A stretch of DNA of 64,000 nucleotides from a virus: IMG/VR virus record IMGVR_UViG_3300006916_000044, positions 27,371-91,370 of that record. One strand, 5' to 3'. Every line of letters starts with the position of its first letter. Position 1 is the stretch's first letter. Positions 14,201-23,600 of this stretch are shown here, piece after piece. Made by a program: the position numbers and the translations under genes. The notes below the pieces were generated by a model, which was not told the DNA's origin, did not search any database, and worked only from the letters and a program-made list of their open reading frames with translations.

Positions 14201-17200
14201 AAAAGAGATGCTAAGGCTATTCAAAAAGAATTAGACCCAGAGACTGAAACACAAGATGATATTATTGGAGGTAATACAAACAGTAAGGGACAAAGAACTA
14301 ATTCTGGTAGATTATTTGAATTATCACATAATGGTAAAAAATTATTATCACCATTAAAAACTAGAATAAGAAATGTAAGGACATATAAAAATCCTGGATT
14401 AGGTGAAGATGTACAAAAAGCTTTACGTTCTGGTAAACAATCAGTACATTTATTACCTTTAGACAAAACAGATGATGTAGGTTTTACAGAAGGTGCTGAA
14501 GGTTTAATTGATGTAACAGTAGTAGAATCACAACCTATTTCATTGTTAATGAAAAATGAAGGGTTAATTAATATTGAAAATTTATCAAGTGATCAAGTAG
14601 AAAAATTAATTGATGACTTTGGTCCATATATAACTACAGAAAAACAAAATAAAAAACAACATGCATTTACTTTATTTCAAGGTACTGATGCAGAACAAGT
14701 TTATTATACTTATGGTTTTCAAGTTGCTGAATTCTTTAGAGGTAAAGTTTCTTTAGTAAAAATTAGTTTTACAGATCCTGTTTCAGAAAAATCAGATGTA
14801 AAAATTCAAACAGATAAAACAGGTCAAGAAACTATAGATATTCTTGAAGTTGATTCTACACCTGCTGAAATATTTGAACAATTAATAAATGATGGAGCAT
14901 CATTTGAAGAAGCATTTAAAGCTGTAGACGGTAAGCAAATTATAGAAAAAAGACTGTTTGATGAAGCAAACGAATTTATAGCATTGTTAAATGACTTTAA
15001 AGCTATAGGTAAAATATCACCTGATATTAGATCAGGGTTAGGTATAATTGAAGATAGTGGAAGTGGTACAATTGTTAATGATATAGATATAGAGTTAACA
15101 GAAGAAATGATGGAGTTGTATAATTTAGAATTTGATGATTTAAAATACAATCTTACTCAAATATTTTTAAATGATTATATAAATACTATTGCAGTTAATG
15201 ATGCATTATTAGGAGATCAACGTTTATCATTAAAAAATGCAATTGATGCTATTAAACGTGCAAAAATGCAAAATGCAGCTGGTTCTAATGTGTATTCTGA
15301 TATTATAGATCCAGCACTTGGTATAGAGCAAACTACTGAAGACATAGACATGCTTTTATATAAAGATAGTTTATATGAAAAAGAGTTTGAAAATATACGT
15401 AGTGAAGATAAGCAATTAGATTCAGATCCTGGTGAAAGAGGTGATGGTCAAATGTTAATTACACAAAAAGCAAATAGACATTTTTTACATGGTCTTGGAG
15501 AGTTAACACCACAAGTTGCAGCTGTGTTAGATAAAATTGAAGCAGGTAAAGAAGTAGAAATAAATGAAGAGTTTTTTGGAACATTAACAGCTGAATCATA
15601 TAAGCAAATGAATGCTATTATGAATTCACAAAAGCTTGTATATGGTGATGGTAAAGTTTATCTAAAAATGTCTGCATTTGTTTTAACACCATTACTTACT
15701 TCTAGAATGGATGAAAACGGAAACTTTACTATTCCTATTCCTGGAAGAGAAAGATTACATAATTTAAGAGTTAAGTTAGAAAAATGGGAACAAGATAATA
15801 ATGCTATTGCAATTGCAGTTCCTGCTTCTGCATCTAAGATGATGAAGTCTAACATGTTAGGTAACACTGAAACTTTTAATAATTCTAGTATTAGTGAAGA
15901 TAATATAACAAAGCTTAATGCTAAATACATGCGTAAGCAAATGGTTGTTCCTTCTAATAAAATAGAAATTGTTGATCCACGTCAAATAAAAAATCTAATT
16001 ACATCTGAACAAGATTTAAATGCTAAAGTAATTTGGGATGGTGTTGAGTTTTCAGTAGGTGATGTTGTTGATTTATACCATCAAGCTCAAAATAATAAAC
16101 TAGCAGTTAATTGGTTTGCAAAAAGAAATTTAGTATTTAATTTTGATGAAATATTAAATGATTACTTAAATCCACAAACAGCACAAAAAATAAATATTAA
16201 CTTAAATGCATTTTTAAAATTTGCTATAGCTGGATTAACATCTTCACAAGCTAAAAGTGATATGTTATCATACTTTGAAATGAATGAAGATGGTACAGGT
16301 GAACCTAAATTTAACTTAAACAACCAACTAACAAGAAAAAAATTCCAACAATTGTTCTTTACATTCTTAGGAAAAGGAACTATTTCTGCTAGACAACCTG
16401 GTATAAGTGCTGCTCTTGTTTCTGATGATGGTATGTTATTTCCAAAAAAAGTCAAAAGAGTAGATGAAAACGGTGTACCATTAGAATGGGAAGTAATAAG
16501 ACAAGCAAAATGGGAACAATTAGAAACACAAGGTGTAGCAGCAAAGTTATCTAATATTGGTTCTTTAAGTGGTTTACCTGAAGGGCTGCAAGTTGGAGAT
16601 TACTTTTTTGATAGACTTAGATCTGATGTTATGATGTATAATGAAGATGGTACTGAGTCAGGAGTAGTTTATACTGAATCTGTCATGCCTCCTCATTTTA
16701 AATCTATATTAGAAAATTTACCTGCAGATGCGGTTATTCCTGATGTATTAGCAATGGCGTATGGTATTAGAATTCCATCTCAAGATAAACACTCTGCTGT
16801 AAATATAAAATTTGTAGATTTCTTACCTGTATACTACGGATCATCTGCAATGTTTGCTAGAGAGTTAGTTGAATTATCTGGAGCTGACTTTGATATTGAT
16901 AAAATTTATATGCAAATAAAATCTTTCTTTGTTGACAAAGGAAAGTTTGTAGAATTTGGTAAAGCAAAAACAGAAAAAGAAAAATACAATCATTATTTAA
17001 CATGGGCTCTTAATCAAGCTAAACAAAAAGGTACACCAATTAGAGAATCTATTGATATATATTTAACTTCTAATCCTGATTTAGAATTTAATTTAAATGA
17101 GTGGTCTAATATGACACCAGAAGAAATAAATATATTAAATGAATCTGAAATTATTGCTAGAATAGGTATGGAAAACATTGGTTTACCAGTTAGTGAAGAG

Positions 17201-20200
17201 CAGTATAATGCATATAAAGAAAAATATAAAGAAAGAGAGCCTTATTCTGATGCTAATGATAATAAAATATTAGATTATAAATTTATTTTACAAGGTAATC
17301 CTGGTATGATTAAACCAAGAAATGGTAGAGAACTAGGTGTAGCTCAAGAACCTGCAAACTTAAAACCATTAACTGATTCAAATGCTGCAGAAGTCTTAGG
17401 AGCTGAAAATGCTGGTGTATGGGATTATATAAAAGCTAATTTACCACAACTAGCTGAAATTGTATCTGAAGAAGATATTGATATAGATAATCTTAGAGGA
17501 AAGCTTTTAGCATTTAAAGCTAATAAAGAAGGTGCTAAAAATATTGGTTCGTCAGTATCACCAAATTTAGTTATTAATATAGCTAAAGAATTTGGAGTAT
17601 CTGTAAGAACACTAAAAGATAAAAACGGAAGAGATATAATTCCTGCTTTAACTATTGATGGTATTCAGTACAGAGATTTTGTTGATTATACAATTGATCC
17701 TGAAACAGGCAAACAAGACAATCAAGCTTATAGAACTCAATATGTTATTTCTGCTTTAATTACTGCAATGACAGATAATGCTAAAGAAAGATTAGCTGAT
17801 AAACTTGGTTTAAATAAAACTGCTCTTGCAATGGTAACTATGATGACTGGTATGGGAGTTGATATTAAAACTTCTATTTTACTAATGAATCAACCGGTCA
17901 TTAGAGAAAATTTCTTTAAAGCTATAAATAAAGAAGATCCTACAGATCCAGGTATTAGAAAGTTGTTAGAAAGAAAAGCTATAGGTATTATTGAATTTAT
18001 GAAAAACAATAATATTAAAACACCTAAAGTAGCAATAACAAGAGCTTTATTAGAAGAAAAAGCAAATAATCCATATGAAGTATATGATTTATCTACATTA
18101 GATGTAGAAGATATAAATGAAGAAGTTAGATTTGCTTTAGCTGAAGAATTACTTACTATTAAAGAATTTTTAGTTGTATATGATCAACAAGAAACGTTAA
18201 GAGATGTTACTACTTTGTTAAATTTACAAAAAACATTTGGTGAAGATTTAATTGATGCAGAGAGAACGCAACAAGCAGCTGAAAATTTAGGTTTTTTAAT
18301 GAGTGATAAAGAATGGGCTAGTAGTGCAAAAAATCCTAATACTATTCCTTTTGACTTTAGACCTGTATTTATGTCTAAATATAATACTAAACCTTCTTTA
18401 CATGTAGACTATTATACAATATTTAGAGAATCATATGATTATTTATTCCCTAAATTATTCTTAGAAGCTTCACAAGATTTTAAATATTTAAAAACTCTTA
18501 TGTTAGACAATATGGTTAACATGATGGAGAAAAAAGATCAAGAGGAGTTAACTAATAATATAACTACATATTTAAATACATTAGCATATATGAATTCATA
18601 TGTTAATGTTTCTGAAAATGAGCAAGAAGGTTCAGGTAAACAAACTACACAAGATACTTTAAATAATGCCCTTATATATAATGGTGATCATTACGGTAAT
18701 CCTGATAACCAAAATCTTCATATAACTGAAGTATTTAAAAGATTAATAGCAAATAAAAAATCATACAACTATTTCTTAGATGATTTTTTACATTTAAGAA
18801 CTGCATTAAATGAAGATAATTATACTGGTATAGATAAAATTGTAGCAAATAATTTTACAAAATTAAGTGATTCAGATGTACAAAACATACAAAATTCATT
18901 TTTAGATTTGTATAGTGATCCTAATACACATATAGATTCTGTTTCTCTAATTCATTATTTATTAGTTAAAGATGGTTTTAATAAAAATAACCGTGGAACT
19001 TTTATTGATTTAATTCCTGTAGAACTTAAAAAACAAATATTAAATTCAATAGATGCAGTACAAACTTTATTTAATTCTAATAAGCAAACAGATGCAGCAT
19101 TTAATAGAGTATTTGGATTAACTAAACAAGAGTTAGCTAATTATTTAGTTTTTAATTACCTTCAGTCAACATCAGCTCAATACCATGTTTTAAATGTAGA
19201 TGTAGACAAAAAAGGTAAATTAGGAAATACTCCTGTTACTGAAATTAAAACAGAAGAAATTATAGACGTAGAAATTAGACCTAATGTAATCACAATATTA
19301 GGATATGAACCTAAAGGATCTACAATAGTTGATAATGATACTGAGTCATCAGCTTTATCAATGACAGCACCTAAACAATTTAAATATAAAAATAAAACAT
19401 ACTTTAGTGTTGATCATGCATATCAGGTTAATAAAACAGGTACATTTAATCAAGCTGCTGATAAAGATTATAGAAAAAAAGCTAAACAAGATAAAATTGG
19501 TGGATATACTAGAAAAACAAAAGGAAGAGAAAATTTAAATTTATTAACTTTACTTGTTAAATATGCTTTTCAAACTAATTTAAATAAAAATATAGGTGGA
19601 AATTCATTAGCAAGTTATGGTGATATTTTAACAGATGCTACAGATTTTGTTACAGTAGATATGAAAGAAGATTTATCAGTTGCATATATAAAAGGATTAA
19701 AGCAAGCACAATCTCAAATTGTAAAAGTTAAAAATAACAAAGGAGAAGAAATATATAAAAATAAAACAAACATTCAACTTGATAAAAAGAAACAAGTTGA
19801 TGCAGCTAAAGAACCATTTGTAATTGATTTAGATAAAGGTGTTGCAACTATAAAAATGTATGCAGGATTACCAACTTTCTTTAATGATAAAGTTAAAACA
19901 GTAAAAGGACAATTTAGCAAAAATCAAAATAGTGATGATGTTAAATCTATTCTTAGAGATAATCTAAAAACATTAGGAAGAAAAGGTATTAGATCTCAAT
20001 ATGTTAACATTAGATATGGTAATCAACCTAATCAATTTGTTAAAAAGACTCAGTTATATTTACCTTTAGTAATGAGAAAAACATTATCAGACGGAAAAAC
20101 TGTACTTTTACTTTTAAATAAATATCAGCAAGATGGTAAATATCAATCAACTTCTGATTTAAATCAATTATTAGAGGAAGGACAAACTCAAGTTGTAGGT

Positions 20201-20680
20201 AATTATGCTGAATACACAATCATAGAAGAAGGTCCTCAAGGGTCTAAAGATCAAAATCCTAATGGATTTTTATTTGGTGATAGACCATCTGAACAACAAA
20301 TAAATAAATTTGAGGAAGATAAAAGAGATGCTTTTGCTATTGATATGGAAGGTGCAGAGTTATTAGATGATATTGATGTAGAAGAACCAGTGGATGACGT
20401 AGAGGATATTGATTATGGTGATCCAGAAGATGTTGATATTGAAACTGATGACGATGTTAACCCAGCAGATGTTTTAATGGCTTTACAATCTACACAAGAT
20501 GATATTGTAAATGAATTAAAGTTAAGTAATGATGCATTAGTTGAATCATTTTATGATAGCTTAACACCAGAAGAGCAAGAAAAACTTGGATCTAAAGATG
20601 AAGTAATGAAACCTTATTTATCATATCCAATAGATCCTAATGAATATATAGAAAACCTTAAAAAATGTTATCTTAAATAA
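5234..20680 (+). CDS. Giant virion-packaged RNA polymerase polyprotein (crAss-like two-barrel RNAP) with zincin protease and NADAR-like domain, 5148 aa
   Basis: YGIRIPSQ...SGADFDIDKIY (DFDID at 16886-16900); DGQ and RQIKNLI motifs upstream; HEAFH zincin (11738-11752) with downstream EEFMADEF; Gly/Ala-rich hydrophobic N-terminal region. Confidence 0.9.
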   Translation: MAEDISNLNINFNPQVNNQPTEPKTVSTEDVNEGIIESPNFSIKTPTGKFTPTDIPAVDVDFNAIRNELFIPNSGEPIRTSIDPTVIKNAEVLANTLNYNPVVMDYPYNMDPNSALFKLDKPQDDSLANTILNFEDVTTPSVADPVSLQPLKFDKKATNYDRYNAPGFKHLFNKIGFHPYVDNETVYNANSTWWDENARMRGQWGRIFSTGFMSTYDAIGDAFAGNYLTGDRDGAEVFEDAMRIANSSKSGIGAFTNNLMLNSGYTFGILANIAVEELALAGLEAVTLGGATPIVASRTAYNIVRLGKAADNVLDVGKNTANTVKLLDKLKDANSARDYWRAGGRWALNIFTPQTYRAIKDVSTAREGAKALSLMAKTAKTAGGFYRDARSVNLAIAESKLEGGLVQNKLYNDLYHDYVAKYGERPTGTALEEINDKAAEAAFTTLAWNFPVIFFSNQFVLGTAFRGFRGVSSILSKSAGSLGNRVMRKSAKRLAKETTEGAAKEPFKLLSKNRFKRIFERGIYGNLSQAGASLLRYSSANLAEGFQEIAQEAIAVGAEDYYKNLYNDPAMGGLDAQMASIYSGISSQMSGQGFEVFMSGFLMGGLVQGPQKLVFNGLPNLYTRFSSPEDFAKQKENEETYIKEAVNTLNKMYADPMMYFDANKMNAMFQKEASQDMFDSTFDGDIRSFMDKKAALVFNHLYTAAELGKLNDFASLFEDMLKLDDAMLAEAMPDQTAEDIKSGKTRERIQDMITKADDMRKAYDKLNEEIINPFDPSTFKKGTRDYNEEAIKYAAFDHAKKMAMFARSQFENATVRIASMYSELSTDPIIKKMAANDIDVLTDLQALISEINLLKDEIELATAETTTTEEVVDEKTGETIIKETTAKPELSADEQIALEQKTKKLIALQNVFNVLTDPANVKEREVFSDAELEKIEDLTERAKEKTSRDNRLKLIDKLREDILSTGVRDKSQEIKEVIVNAFSNSNLMNSLGEFDIANRDKFKTVLEEYLNVLAEQLGDTIQSDKIDQYVDAILDSKSLTQRQQILSRAVRTILAPENLDKLAERIEPRFKRMFLDNKNKVEARLRKYLDVTKTNIWLNELSGMGVYPDHTELIQYLENNGPIPQTYYTEEGLLTEESAQWEKANYVISAQENLTKKETPQETAQSEDSADIEDNIDYEENFLQEDTEDVEGVDVEIPSNQGDLYLKGKWIKYVETQSANNKKYLEFSDWVKSKLSKQDRLQAAAIEDIYQQVYSPLLLKNPKLGSFYTWLGTQVDNEKIQDILTFRNVSLYSLLPETKSSTIKVANEDVIDKETGKKVKVYYHTDEKGNRIDNEAFLTKKEAVETKKKKVNEKKKKKPNEFTYGKFNGVDNPKLAKGTLLIKNNVLYVVKSTDTMIADKGNLYIRELSKESSKDNNNNIYLTVEQANDYEIASNKDINYVKNTSKLKIEEATKVNPTYDRSITNRAEQIEAGVNKQQNLLRNLTSDVIGGLKLRISLGPNQSNINIPFEDKEAFQFGTQNENPKIKKNAQLLSVEIYDANGSYGYFQGPETLLLADAQGNPMSPFQLTENNLAEYFDIPKNMSTADALNYVQLSYAEAYKIYDTFKPLLSTQSLVEVNLSDFPELMVTLSEGSLTRSKSNPLITFDSLDTMFVGDDTSVTVDGEKPFFIMDYSRRYTRPKNKKEKMKVQGVPITNIDQSSKFFNAMMAEVDAMEENYDVLNRMGKYIAYVKLPNGKGAFVGLTAPVYSPENFNTLLTEIQEKASDLLANNVNADGTVKSKTAAKTINEKIQNEIYLAAEPGIYVELSLANDGSLRVKYTNMNETRNSKKRTAQGFISNEELMTFKDVQEVINKLNAFIQPIYPKGFKLDSIKTSIQKGETDIAIFGTLETQFTPEIKNNFKLQLRVNPNVISIDQVLRNAFNTNIPESTETIDNSTPVVEPTAEEKEDIILNDYENVDANYLLEIVRKSQQGKELTDFEQSVLDNTPAEMIAGLSIQVQNESTTDISNAEVLLDQNYQGISFKAEEDLKTFVDRYYESRYQQIKTSQPELTDSDIIDIVNAEMKDIETNANNPLHSGYLTLKRIQEDAEGKAFKITENFDGYDIEDINTFTDWVRDNINTDVISLSVDNLQNNMINGQMIAGQFLIHTHNLGLSGEISVGTNNPFKYHEAFHAVFRMFLTETEIKRYLKSAKKDVLAKLRREGKSLTDELASFRKSHGIYAKLSRKELEERYLEEFMADEFEAFKMKQKTNASSETKSLFQKILDFIKELLGFPTYKLNRLYRDINNGKYKRAGVQENRFTTAASSTPSVAYKSLTLGTKKIKTVTNTGEKFKTIINFMPSNDQHIIVSSAANLFIMRKNNAKGDVNTAEMLDGVINDIIENYNSERQFYKDKGFMWYKDNMLKIRNYYDSLTRQKNDLKELVRLRLDEVSNAILLNQEELDQEEADLGDITVDQWDKTSEMIGGFESAPKLIRELFATVSIDNQDMFGNKIIGENKNEPIRVGVNYSKVYDSILKAVANEPSAKKRMKKLWVWSQGSNVETRAVVVEMFKQLGLLKAAQDGTLFDPAQPFPSLESETGIRSTLYNMINNQFENYTVPYLIQLVDKNTGVVQIFEANKADDAHNTLVQWAESFNRKYSEIRIVGSKENKAARDAINRLSGFLNMPSIPEKMDIINESMVISDLIFDTTGMKFDSNYILFSLYNRLIDLNIEIPESQKLLFDMNQFADPISAEELSEIVQALNSGENLFLDNQELDTEDVDEATDDTQQYYEGGVKGRLRKISLNNAYFDETVGASTFINEEGNRIYGHQRPTFHLVELARMTTEENYVENRIAEDPFLEDNFLLTDEKFKSMQEKGQIKIMRMSGQKVGVANLTAEGIVKENKGYNKANRQGTKYGSFTPQQFIVTLVNNYTAGYNRVNPDKSLKGSYIDPVTKEPVDFAISPNLIRVIEASNTGDFAMLPVHKMIEFDADGTVNLTDQGYKAFENIIKRDAKAIQKELDPETETQDDIIGGNTNSKGQRTNSGRLFELSHNGKKLLSPLKTRIRNVRTYKNPGLGEDVQKALRSGKQSVHLLPLDKTDDVGFTEGAEGLIDVTVVESQPISLLMKNEGLINIENLSSDQVEKLIDDFGPYITTEKQNKKQHAFTLFQGTDAEQVYYTYGFQVAEFFRGKVSLVKISFTDPVSEKSDVKIQTDKTGQETIDILEVDSTPAEIFEQLINDGASFEEAFKAVDGKQIIEKRLFDEANEFIALLNDFKAIGKISPDIRSGLGIIEDSGSGTIVNDIDIELTEEMMELYNLEFDDLKYNLTQIFLNDYINTIAVNDALLGDQRLSLKNAIDAIKRAKMQNAAGSNVYSDIIDPALGIEQTTEDIDMLLYKDSLYEKEFENIRSEDKQLDSDPGERGDGQMLITQKANRHFLHGLGELTPQVAAVLDKIEAGKEVEINEEFFGTLTAESYKQMNAIMNSQKLVYGDGKVYLKMSAFVLTPLLTSRMDENGNFTIPIPGRERLHNLRVKLEKWEQDNNAIAIAVPASASKMMKSNMLGNTETFNNSSISEDNITKLNAKYMRKQMVVPSNKIEIVDPRQIKNLITSEQDLNAKVIWDGVEFSVGDVVDLYHQAQNNKLAVNWFAKRNLVFNFDEILNDYLNPQTAQKININLNAFLKFAIAGLTSSQAKSDMLSYFEMNEDGTGEPKFNLNNQLTRKKFQQLFFTFLGKGTISARQPGISAALVSDDGMLFPKKVKRVDENGVPLEWEVIRQAKWEQLETQGVAAKLSNIGSLSGLPEGLQVGDYFFDRLRSDVMMYNEDGTESGVVYTESVMPPHFKSILENLPADAVIPDVLAMAYGIRIPSQDKHSAVNIKFVDFLPVYYGSSAMFARELVELSGADFDIDKIYMQIKSFFVDKGKFVEFGKAKTEKEKYNHYLTWALNQAKQKGTPIRESIDIYLTSNPDLEFNLNEWSNMTPEEINILNESEIIARIGMENIGLPVSEEQYNAYKEKYKEREPYSDANDNKILDYKFILQGNPGMIKPRNGRELGVAQEPANLKPLTDSNAAEVLGAENAGVWDYIKANLPQLAEIVSEEDIDIDNLRGKLLAFKANKEGAKNIGSSVSPNLVINIAKEFGVSVRTLKDKNGRDIIPALTIDGIQYRDFVDYTIDPETGKQDNQAYRTQYVISALITAMTDNAKERLADKLGLNKTALAMVTMMTGMGVDIKTSILLMNQPVIRENFFKAINKEDPTDPGIRKLLERKAIGIIEFMKNNNIKTPKVAITRALLEEKANNPYEVYDLSTLDVEDINEEVRFALAEELLTIKEFLVVYDQQETLRDVTTLLNLQKTFGEDLIDAERTQQAAENLGFLMSDKEWASSAKNPNTIPFDFRPVFMSKYNTKPSLHVDYYTIFRESYDYLFPKLFLEASQDFKYLKTLMLDNMVNMMEKKDQEELTNNITTYLNTLAYMNSYVNVSENEQEGSGKQTTQDTLNNALIYNGDHYGNPDNQNLHITEVFKRLIANKKSYNYFLDDFLHLRTALNEDNYTGIDKIVANNFTKLSDSDVQNIQNSFLDLYSDPNTHIDSVSLIHYLLVKDGFNKNNRGTFIDLIPVELKKQILNSIDAVQTLFNSNKQTDAAFNRVFGLTKQELANYLVFNYLQSTSAQYHVLNVDVDKKGKLGNTPVTEIKTEEIIDVEIRPNVITILGYEPKGSTIVDNDTESSALSMTAPKQFKYKNKTYFSVDHAYQVNKTGTFNQAADKDYRKKAKQDKIGGYTRKTKGRENLNLLTLLVKYAFQTNLNKNIGGNSLASYGDILTDATDFVTVDMKEDLSVAYIKGLKQAQSQIVKVKNNKGEEIYKNKTNIQLDKKKQVDAAKEPFVIDLDKGVATIKMYAGLPTFFNDKVKTVKGQFSKNQNSDDVKSILRDNLKTLGRKGIRSQYVNIRYGNQPNQFVKKTQLYLPLVMRKTLSDGKTVLLLLNKYQQDGKYQSTSDLNQLLEEGQTQVVGNYAEYTIIEEGPQGSKDQNPNGFLFGDRPSEQQINKFEEDKRDAFAIDMEGAELLDDIDVEEPVDDVEDIDYGDPEDVDIETDDDVNPADVLMALQSTQDDIVNELKLSNDALVESFYDSLTPEEQEKLGSKDEVMKPYLSYPIDPNEYIENLKKCYLK

Positions 20681-20688
20681 AAAGACCT

Positions 20689-23600
20689 ATGGCTACTTGT
20701 TACAATAAAAATACAACTGAATACAAAGCATTGCTTGGAGAGTATGTTAGTTCATATACTGTAGATTCTATTATATCTGATTATCAAAAAATAGAAAAAA
20801 CAGATGCTATTCCTAGTGTTATAGATGCTAAAAATATGATCAAAGCACAAGCTTTGTTAACAAAAGCTAAAGCTAAAAATGAAGGTAAAGTATTATTAAG
20901 AAATTTACAGTCAAAAGGTTTTATTAAAAAAATAGGTAATGATTATTTTATTATAGAAACTAATAAAAGTTTAGTAAGAGATACACATAAACGTATTAGA
21001 GATTACTTAACGTTTAACGGTTTTAAACAAAATTCAATAATATTTAAAGGAACAAAAAAAGCACATATGTTTAGAGCTGTTGTAAATGATACAGTTTTTA
21101 ATGGCAACACATATATATCAAAAGATTCTGCTAAGTCTTTACCAGTGTTAGAGCATTTAACTAAAATGTTTCCGCAAGTAAAATATACTGTACTAGAGGC
21201 ATCTCAAGCAAAAACAATATATGATGCTATTCCTTATTACAGAAAAAGAAATGTGCCTTGGAATAAAGTTAATTCATTCTTTTATAATGGTACAGCTGTT
21301 TTAATAAAAGGTAGAGTTACTAATGCAACAGCTATTGAAGAAATGTTACATCCTTTTGTAGATGCATTATATCTAGATAACAGAGCATTATTTGATAATT
21401 TACTAGTAGAAGGATTAGAGTTAGATAGTGAGTTAGCAGAAGAAATAGCTGGTGTATATGATCCTGCATTAGGCTTTCAATCAAAAGATACAGCATTAGA
21501 ATTTGTAACACAGCTTTTATCAAAACATTTTAATAAAGAAAGTGGCAAACCTAAAATAGGATTTTTACGTGCTGTTAGAGAATTTTTAAATTGGTTTGCA
21601 GATGTTGTAAAATCTTTATATAGCGCATTAACAGGTAAAAAACTTACAGTTAAAGATTTAAATTCTAACATGACTCTTACTGATGTAGTTAAAATGTTAA
21701 ATACAGAAAGTTTGTCATTTGAATTAAATCCTACAGCATTAGAAGAATTAAGATATTCATTAGCACCAGAACAAAAAACTATATTAGATACAATAAAAAA
21801 TCAAGCTGCTACAACTGTACAAACACAAATTGTTGATCAACTTTTTCATCAAGCATATAGTTCAAAAACTGAAATAGATCAACTTGCTACATCTAGAGTA
21901 AAAAAAGAAGATGGTCAATTTATTAATGTTGATACAGCAGAAGTATTACCAAATATAGAAAATTCTATTCTTGGTGTAGAAAATCATCCTTTAGAAAGTT
22001 TAATTTTTGATGAAAGTACAACTGCCATTTTTAATGGTTTATCAATAGGCGCTCCTTTTGATTCTGAAAAAATAGATTCACAATTTGAAGAAGTATATAA
22101 AATGATGTTAGCAAGAATGGAAGGTATGAGAGATGACCGTTCTGTATTTCTTCCTAATGTTATTGTATCAGATCCTGCAACAGGTTTGACTCAAAGAATA
22201 GATTTGTTAAGAGTAGATCCTTTTGGAAATATGCAAATTATAAATTTTGCTAATACAGGATCAATTTCAAAAAATGAATATAATACCACAAATTTTGATT
22301 TAGGAGCTAATAGTATACTAGTTAAGAAAAATATTCAAACCACCGTAACAGCAAAAATGTTTACAGGTTTGCAAATGGCTTTAACCAAAAGAATATTAGA
22401 AAATCTTGGGTTTATGGTTGATGAAGGAACTATGACTATAAACTTAGATAGAACAAAAGATGGATTTTTAGATGGTACAATATTACATGCAGCTTCAGAA
22501 AATCAATACATAGTTGATCAAATTATTCCTTTAGATATAGCTGAAGAAAATAAAATGGTAGTTGATCAAATTATGGATCAAATGAGGAATCCAGAAGCAG
22601 TAGAAGATTGGGATTCTGATGAATATGCAGAAGATGTGCTAGACTTTGCATCAGAAGAAAATAGACCTTTATACGATTCATTATTTAAAGCTTTAAAAAA
22701 CTATAGAGAAGGCTTAATTACAAAAGAACAAGCAATAAAAAATGCTAGAAGTGTAATATCAATGGATAAAGGTAGAGCTGCAATATTACGTTCTATTAGT
22801 ATGTCTAGATCTATGATTGAAAATAGTTTTTTAAATCCAGAAACTATTGATAAAGTATATATTGATTTAGTTAGAGAAAGTATTGATCAAATAGATGAGT
22901 TTTTAGATTATGTAGCTGATCCAGATAATTTTAGTAAACCTGATTACATAAAGAAAGTTTTAGCTTGGCAAAAATTTGTTGAATCATATAGAGGATTAAC
23001 AAATATTACAGTTAGTGATGGTTTAACAAAGAACCAACTTATTTATATTAATAAACTAAAAGATAAATTAAATCAGATTGTTGGTATTGTAAGTCCAGAT
23101 GGTACAACAGTACAAAGAGGATCAATTGATCTTGCAATAGAAAATTATGTTAGACAACTAGTGATTGATCAGTCTAGTAGAGATTTTACTCCAGCTGAAT
23201 TAGATGAACTATTAACAACAGCTAGAGATATAGGTTATGTAGAATATCAAACGGGTGATATGGCTACATCAAGAGATACTCTTCTTGCATTAATGGACAA
23301 AATATTTAAAAGAGATAGACAAAGAGTATTAGATAAAATACAAGCAAGAGCTCCTAGAATTAAAAGAGCTGCAATGAAACTTGCAAAATTAACTGGCTCA
23401 GAAAGAATTGATTATTCATTTATGATTGAGTATGATGAAGATGGTGTACCTACTGGTAGATATGTAAAGAAAACTTCTAGTGCTTTCTATGCTGAGTTAA
23501 ATAGATTAAAGCAACCTCTTATAAATGAAGATGGTAGTTGGAAAGAATTTATTGATATTGATAATATTGAAGAAGCAACACAAGAGCAAATAAACTACAA

